From Dethiobacter sp. (GTDB lineage: Bacteria > Bacillota > Dethiobacteria > DTU022 > UBA8154): a DNA stretch of 64,000 nucleotides. The notes beneath the pieces are model-generated. The model saw nothing but the letters and a program-made list of their open reading frames with translations. It did not search any database and had not been told where the DNA came from. Below are positions 58,977 to 64,000 of this stretch, piece by piece. Each line of letters begins with the position of its first letter. Position 1 is the stretch's first letter. The position numbers were made by a program, and so were the translations under genes. The stretch is from the NCBI GenBank assembly GCA_003605065.1, contig QZJM01000063.1, forward strand, positions 12,485 through 76,484. Direction: 5' to 3'.

Positions 58977-60173
58977 TTGAACGTGGGTGTTCTGGGAGGT
59001 GGATTACAGGGTCTGGAGGCGGCTTATCTTCTTAAAAAAGCCGGTCACAGGGTTTTGATGCTTGAAAAGAGGCCACATGCTCCTGCTCTGGGGTTGGCTG
59101 ACGAAAAGTTTTGTTTTAACCTTACAGCTACCTGTCAACAGGAACTGCTAGATTTTTTAAAGAAAGTTGATGTAATTATTCCCGCTACGGAAAATAAAAC
59201 CACCCTTGTGGTTATGAATGAGGCGGCGAAAAGATATGCCAAAGTTTTCTGCTTTGATTCCCAGGCATATGAGCTAAGCAGCAGTAAAAGCCTGTCCAAT
59301 AAGCTTTTTTCTCAGCTGGCACTGCCCAGGCCTATTCCCTGGCCGGATTCCTCTTTCCCCTTAATAGTAAAACCGTCTGAGGAAAGCGGAAGCCGCGGTG
59401 TAAAAATTGTTTTTAACCAAAATGAACTGGATAAGGTCCTAACCGAAGAAAAACTGTATAAAGGCGGTTTTATCATTGAGGAATTTCTGGAAGGTCCTTC
59501 ATATTCCATAGAGGTGGTTACAATAAACGGTGAAGGTTTCGCTTTTGAAACAACTTTGCTTGGTTTTGACGAGCTTTTTGACTGTAACAGGGTTATTGCC
59601 CCCAACGGGTTAGATGAAAAGAGTAATAAAGAAATGCAGGAAATGGCACTGCGTATCGCGCAGTCCTTAAAGCTTACAGGTATCATGGATCTGGAAACTA
59701 TTTTACATGAAGGAAAGTTTAAAGTGCTGGAAATTGATGCCCGTTTGCCGAGTCAAACACCTACTGTTGTCTACAAGGCAACAGGCCTGAATCTGGTTTC
59801 TTATTTATTGTCGTCATTTCTTCACAAAGATTTACCGGGGGTAGAAGCAGGTGCAAAAAGAGCTGTAATTTATGAACATCTTTATTTTTGTGACGGCATG
59901 GTCTTTTTCCCCGGAGAACATATCATCACCTCCTGTAAAGAAAATCTTTTTTATATGGAGGATTTTTTTGGTGCAGACGAAGCCATTACGAACTGTGTGG
60001 AAAAAAAGGAGCAAAAATCCTGGGTTGCTACTGTTATCATAACGGGCCACAACCTGGAACAGGCCCGTACCAAAAGAGAATATATGCTGAAAAGGATTTT
60101 AGAAAAATACCGGGCTGAATTATTTCCTTCTAAAAATATCGAGAAAACTGCAGTAAAGGGAAGAAAAAGTTAG
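58977..60173 (+). CDS. pylC: pyrrolysine biosynthesis ATP-grasp ligase (3-methylornithine--L-lysine ligase)
   Basis: ATP-grasp. ..LEIDARLPSQTPTVVYKATGLNLV.. closely parallels archaeal PylC. TAG stop. Confidence 0.9.
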   Translation: MNVGVLGGGLQGLEAAYLLKKAGHRVLMLEKRPHAPALGLADEKFCFNLTATCQQELLDFLKKVDVIIPATENKTTLVVMNEAAKRYAKVFCFDSQAYELSSSKSLSNKLFSQLALPRPIPWPDSSFPLIVKPSEESGSRGVKIVFNQNELDKVLTEEKLYKGGFIIEEFLEGPSYSIEVVTINGEGFAFETTLLGFDELFDCNRVIAPNGLDEKSNKEMQEMALRIAQSLKLTGIMDLETILHEGKFKVLEIDARLPSQTPTVVYKATGLNLVSYLLSSFLHKDLPGVEAGAKRAVIYEHLYFCDGMVFFPGEHIITSCKENLFYMEDFFGADEAITNCVEKKEQKSWVATVIITGHNLEQARTKREYMLKRILEKYRAELFPSKNIEKTAVKGRKS

Positions 60174-60185
60174 GGAGGCTTGGAG

Positions 60186-61823
60186 ATGAACAAAATTGGT
60201 ATTGCCCTGGATTTGGGGACCAGCGGTTTTCGAGGACAGGCCATCGACTTGTCTGCGAATGCGGTTTTAAAAACAGTAATAACTGCCCGTCATCCCCTGC
60301 CTGGCGCAAACGTGATGGATCATCTCAACTTTGCCATTATGGCTGGGCCGGATGTAGCTCACCAGATCATCATGGCTACAATAAACCAGATTATAGATCT
60401 GCTAAATATGCCCGGTTTCGCCATTGAGTGTTTTGCCGTTTGCGGCAACCCGATTCAACTTTCCCTCTTTGAAAATATTGAAATCAGGGATTTGGCCTAT
60501 GCGGGTGAAAATTACCGCCGCCAGCTGGGGATTGTCTCTCCTGATCGCAGCAGCAAGGAATACCCGGCTGAGCGGTTTCCACTGTTAAACTTACCGGGGA
60601 ATTGCCTGGTTTTTATTCCCCCTGCTGTAAAACATGAAATAGGGGCAGATGCTCTGGCCATGTTGATTCTTTCCGGAATTCTGGATAAGGAAGAAATTTG
60701 CCTGGCTACCGATTACGGGACAAATGCTGAAATGGCTCTGAAAGTGGGAGATAAAATCATTACCGGTTCTGCCGCTGCCGGCCCTGCTCTGGAAGGACAG
60801 CATGTTGAGAACGGGATGCTGGCTGCACCTGGGGCCATTTCTGACCTCCGACCGGAAAACGGCGGCTACCGTTGTCTTGTTCTCAATACTGAGATGCAGC
60901 CTGAGGACGGAGATTTACTTACTCTTGACAATGGAACTGTACTTCAAAAGGGCCGGTTAGAGGCCAAAGGAATAACCGGAACGGGTGTAATAGCAACAGT
61001 TTCACAGGGTATGGACAGCGGCCTGGTAAGCCTTCCCAATATTAAAACTGCTAGCGGCTCACTGCATCTTTCCAACGGGATTCGTTTTAGTAAGAAGGAC
61101 TTAATCGAAGCCGGGAAGGCTATCGGCGCAATCCGGGCCGGTTACCTCACACTGGCCGCTGAGGCAGGAGTCTCTGTAGAAGATATCCGTGTTGCTTTTA
61201 TGGCCGGTGCATCGGGAACTTATGTGGATGCACGTAAAGCGATGAACATCGGCATGGTTCCTCCTAAGGTAAAGGAAATATATCAGGTTGGTAATACTTC
61301 CTTGTTGTTGGCAAGAGAAATTGTGCAGGATCCCCGGAGATTAAAAACTCTTGATGAAATTGCCCGACAGTTACGGGCAAGACATTGTATGTTTGGTCTT
61401 TCCAAGGTTTTTGAAAAGGCTTATTTGCTGGAGCTTTCATACTGGACGGAAGGCCTCCCATGGGAACTTTATAAAAAATACGCCAGAATGTACCAGCTTC
61501 CGGAGTTGCCGCAGCTTCACACCGATGTAAATGTTACTAAAAAGGTCACCCGTGATATAAGGGATATTGGGAAAGATGGCTTGATCACCATAGAGAGAGT
61601 CGGTGAAGAAAGACACTGGTTTGTACCCGGGTGTGTCAACTGTGGCCAGTGTGTAGAAGAATGCCCTGAAAATGCTATAAAGCTCGATGATACTCTGGGC
61701 GTTGTGATGCGCATGGACTGCTGCAGTGGAACTGCCTGCCAGCGCTGTGAGCATATTTGTCCGGAAAAAGTTTTTCGTCTTTCAGAATTTTGGATGAACT
61801 CTTTAAAAATTAGCTGTGATTAG
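60186..61823 (+). CDS. ramA: RamA-like corrinoid reductive activase (ASKHA ATPase plus C-terminal 2x[4Fe-4S] ferredoxin domain)
   Basis: ATG at 60186 after GGGAGG. C-terminal CVNCGQCVEECP and C..C..CQRCEHICP clusters. Confidence 0.8.
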   Translation: MNKIGIALDLGTSGFRGQAIDLSANAVLKTVITARHPLPGANVMDHLNFAIMAGPDVAHQIIMATINQIIDLLNMPGFAIECFAVCGNPIQLSLFENIEIRDLAYAGENYRRQLGIVSPDRSSKEYPAERFPLLNLPGNCLVFIPPAVKHEIGADALAMLILSGILDKEEICLATDYGTNAEMALKVGDKIITGSAAAGPALEGQHVENGMLAAPGAISDLRPENGGYRCLVLNTEMQPEDGDLLTLDNGTVLQKGRLEAKGITGTGVIATVSQGMDSGLVSLPNIKTASGSLHLSNGIRFSKKDLIEAGKAIGAIRAGYLTLAAEAGVSVEDIRVAFMAGASGTYVDARKAMNIGMVPPKVKEIYQVGNTSLLLAREIVQDPRRLKTLDEIARQLRARHCMFGLSKVFEKAYLLELSYWTEGLPWELYKKYARMYQLPELPQLHTDVNVTKKVTRDIRDIGKDGLITIERVGEERHWFVPGCVNCGQCVEECPENAIKLDDTLGVVMRMDCCSGTACQRCEHICPEKVFRLSEFWMNSLKISCD

Positions 61824-62053
61824 TTCAGGTTAATACTTGTCTCCGAGGTATTTTTCTGGTAAGATATAACAGGAAGAATAAAGCCTGTTTAGCTGATTAT
61901 TATAACAGTTACTTTAATTAAAAAAGTTTAAAAGTGTATTTTCCCGGAGATATAAAAAACGAAACTGGAGAATATACTTTTTCTATCTATAAAACATATA
62001 TTTTTTGTCATAAGATGTTGAAAAATTCTTAATATAGCAAGAGGTGGCTTCTC

Positions 62054-64000
62054 TTGACGGAAACGCTCTCTTTGGAAAAACGTACCGAGAGAATAGGGGC
62101 TTCATGGCAGAGATTTATTGTAAAAGGCAAAATTGAATCTTATGTCGTCAGTGAAATTATTGCCAATTCCTGGCAACGAAGCCTGGAAGCCGGTGTTAAC
62201 CCCTTTGTTAATCTGCAGACCTTTTTTACCGTTAAAAATATTATAGATTATAAGTATCTTGTGAAGGTAAGCCGTCCTTTTCTGGATAATCTTTATGCTT
62301 TTGTAAAAGGCTCTGACTTTTTGGTTCTTTTAACTGATGCAGATGGAACGATTATTAAAGTTCTTGGAGATCCGGTAATAGTACAGAAGTTAAAAAATAT
62401 TCCTTTTCGGGAAGGAGTTAACTGGGGTGAAGGCTGTCTGGGAACAAACTGTATTGCCCTTGCTGTAAAGGAAAAGATCCCTGTGCATGTTTTTGCTGCA
62501 GAACACTTTATTCAGCAGCTTCACTCCCTGGTAGGTTCAGCGGCGCCTTTTTTCTGCCAGAATGGAAATCTTCTTGGCGTTATTGCCATGTTCGGGTTAT
62601 TCAAGGATTTTCATCCTCATACCCTGGGAATGGTTGTCGCCTCTGTGAAGGCTATAGAAAACCAGATTTTATATATGGAAGCAAACCGTTCCCTGAAAAG
62701 ATCTTACAGGGAAGTCACTACGATTATGGAGGAGATAACTGCCGGATTGATTTCAGCTGATCACCAGGGCAGGGTAAGCATGTTGAATACAGCTGCCTGT
62801 AAAATGCTGGGCATTAATTATCAGGCAGGGGTTTCCCAGCATCTTGGTCAACTATTTGGGAAAGACTGCCCCTTTCTTCAGGCCATGGAAGAGGATCTAG
62901 AATATTCTGATCGGGATATAACATTGTCCTGTAACGGCATAACCAATCGTTTCTACTGCAGCCTTCGCATTATAAGAGATGAAAACAATAAGAAACTAGG
63001 TATGGTAATTACCCTCCGTGAACACAAAGCTATCCGCCGCCTTGTAAACAGGGCATTTGGCGCTCAGGCCACTTTTACCTTTTCTGATATCTATGGAGAG
63101 CACTTGTTAATTAAAAAGGCCATTAATGCGGCACAGCGTGCTGCCCATTCTAATAATACCATTTTAATTGTGGGCGAAAGTGGTACCGGCAAAGAAATGT
63201 TTGCCCAGGCCATACATAATGAAAGCGAGCGCTGCAGGGGTCCTTTTGTGGCTATCAACTGTGCCGGAATTCCCAGGGAACTGGTGGAAAGCGAACTTTT
63301 CGGTTACGAAGCGGGGGCTTTTACAGGTGCCAGGCGGGAAGGCCGTCCTGGAAAATTTGAACTGGCACAGGGCGGAACTCTCTTTCTGGATGAAATAGGA
63401 GATATGCCCCTGGAGATGCAAGCAAAGTTATTAAGGGTACTTCAGGATAAATTTATTACACGCCTGGGAGGAGATTCCCCTATCCTGGCAGATGTACGTG
63501 TAATCGTGGCTACCAACCGCAATATTTTTGCCCTGGTGGAGGAAGGAACTTTCCGCCCCGATCTCTTTTATCGCATTAATGTCATTACACTGCAATTGCC
63601 AAGTTTACGCACCCGTGAGACAGACATACTCCTGCTGGCTAATTTATTCCTTGAAAAAGCCATTTTTAAAATGGGACTCCCTTCCCCGCCAAGGCTTTCG
63701 GGGAGATTGGAAGAGAGACTTTTACGCTATTCCTGGCCGGGGAATGTCAGAGAACTGCAGAATGTAATAGAGCAAATGGTTTTTAACGCCAACGGTTCTC
63801 TCAAACTGGATGAAGAACACCTGCCCGAAAAAATGATGAAAACTGCTACAACACAATCAGGTTCCGAAGATATGGCCCTGGAAGCCCAGGAATTAAAACA
63901 TATTCTTTTGGCTCTGGAAATGTGCCAGGGCAATATTGCCCATAGTGCGCGGCTGCTAGGCATTGGCCGCAACACTTTATATCGCAAAATTAACAAGTAC
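62054..64000 (+). CDS. sigma-54-dependent transcriptional activator (AcoR-like: N-terminal GAF/PAS sensory region, AAA+ sigma-54 domain, Fis HTH), 3' end beyond window
   Basis: TTG start after AAGAGGTGG. GESGTGKE Walker A, GAFTGA loop (GYEAGAFTGA), ESELFGY and HTH (ARLLGIGRNTLYRKINKY). Absent from the ORF track because the frame runs off the window edge. Confidence 0.8.
   Translation, partial: MTETLSLEKRTERIGASWQRFIVKGKIESYVVSEIIANSWQRSLEAGVNPFVNLQTFFTVKNIIDYKYLVKVSRPFLDNLYAFVKGSDFLVLLTDADGTIIKVLGDPVIVQKLKNIPFREGVNWGEGCLGTNCIALAVKEKIPVHVFAAEHFIQQLHSLVGSAAPFFCQNGNLLGVIAMFGLFKDFHPHTLGMVVASVKAIENQILYMEANRSLKRSYREVTTIMEEITAGLISADHQGRVSMLNTAACKMLGINYQAGVSQHLGQLFGKDCPFLQAMEEDLEYSDRDITLSCNGITNRFYCSLRIIRDENNKKLGMVITLREHKAIRRLVNRAFGAQATFTFSDIYGEHLLIKKAINAAQRAAHSNNTILIVGESGTGKEMFAQAIHNESERCRGPFVAINCAGIPRELVESELFGYEAGAFTGARREGRPGKFELAQGGTLFLDEIGDMPLEMQAKLLRVLQDKFITRLGGDSPILADVRVIVATNRNIFALVEEGTFRPDLFYRINVITLQLPSLRTRETDILLLANLFLEKAIFKMGLPSPPRLSGRLEERLLRYSWPGNVRELQNVIEQMVFNANGSLKLDEEHLPEKMMKTATTQSGSEDMALEAQELKHILLALEMCQGNIAHSARLLGIGRNTLYRKINKY

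Noticed and set aside
1-64000. A CRISPR array, a prophage or a toxin-antitoxin defence island, which I looked for.
   Set aside because: I found no spaced direct repeats, cas genes, phage structural genes or TA pairs on either strand. The only mobile-element trace is the decayed integrase scar.

Overview
This window looks like a Clostridia-type (Gram-positive anaerobe) chromosome segment. It contains: (1) a complete arginine biosynthesis operon argCJBDFGH behind a T-box leader; (2) a putative aromatic-acid catabolic island driven by a sigma-54 promoter, encoding a UbiD-family decarboxylase, two family-III CoA-transferases, a SucCD-like CoA ligase and a TAXI-TRAP transporter, with a PrpR-type sigma-54 activator upstream on the opposite strand; (3) a decayed mobile-element scar with an integrase pseudogene and truncated OCD and MFS genes; (4) a four-subunit 2-oxoacid:ferredoxin oxidoreductase; (5) a molybdenum cofactor module (two moeA, mog, candidate Moco riboswitch) plus cobO; (6) an O-demethylase-like corrinoid methyltransferase system (corrinoid protein, RACo-like activase, MtrH-like MT II, two URO-D-family MT I); and (7) a bacterial pyrrolysine (Pyl) system. 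The Pyl system has split pylSn/pylSc, pylB, pylD, an Amt-family transporter, pylT (tRNA-Pyl, CUA anticodon), mtmC, an mtmB with an in-frame UAG that the ORF track splits into two ORFs, pylC and a RamA-like activase, and a canonical cobalamin riboswitch lies upstream of pylSn. The ORF track misses tRNA-Pyl, the riboswitches, a small Cys-rich ORF and an open-ended sigma-54 regulator at the 3' edge. Family assignments are from motif recall, not database searches.
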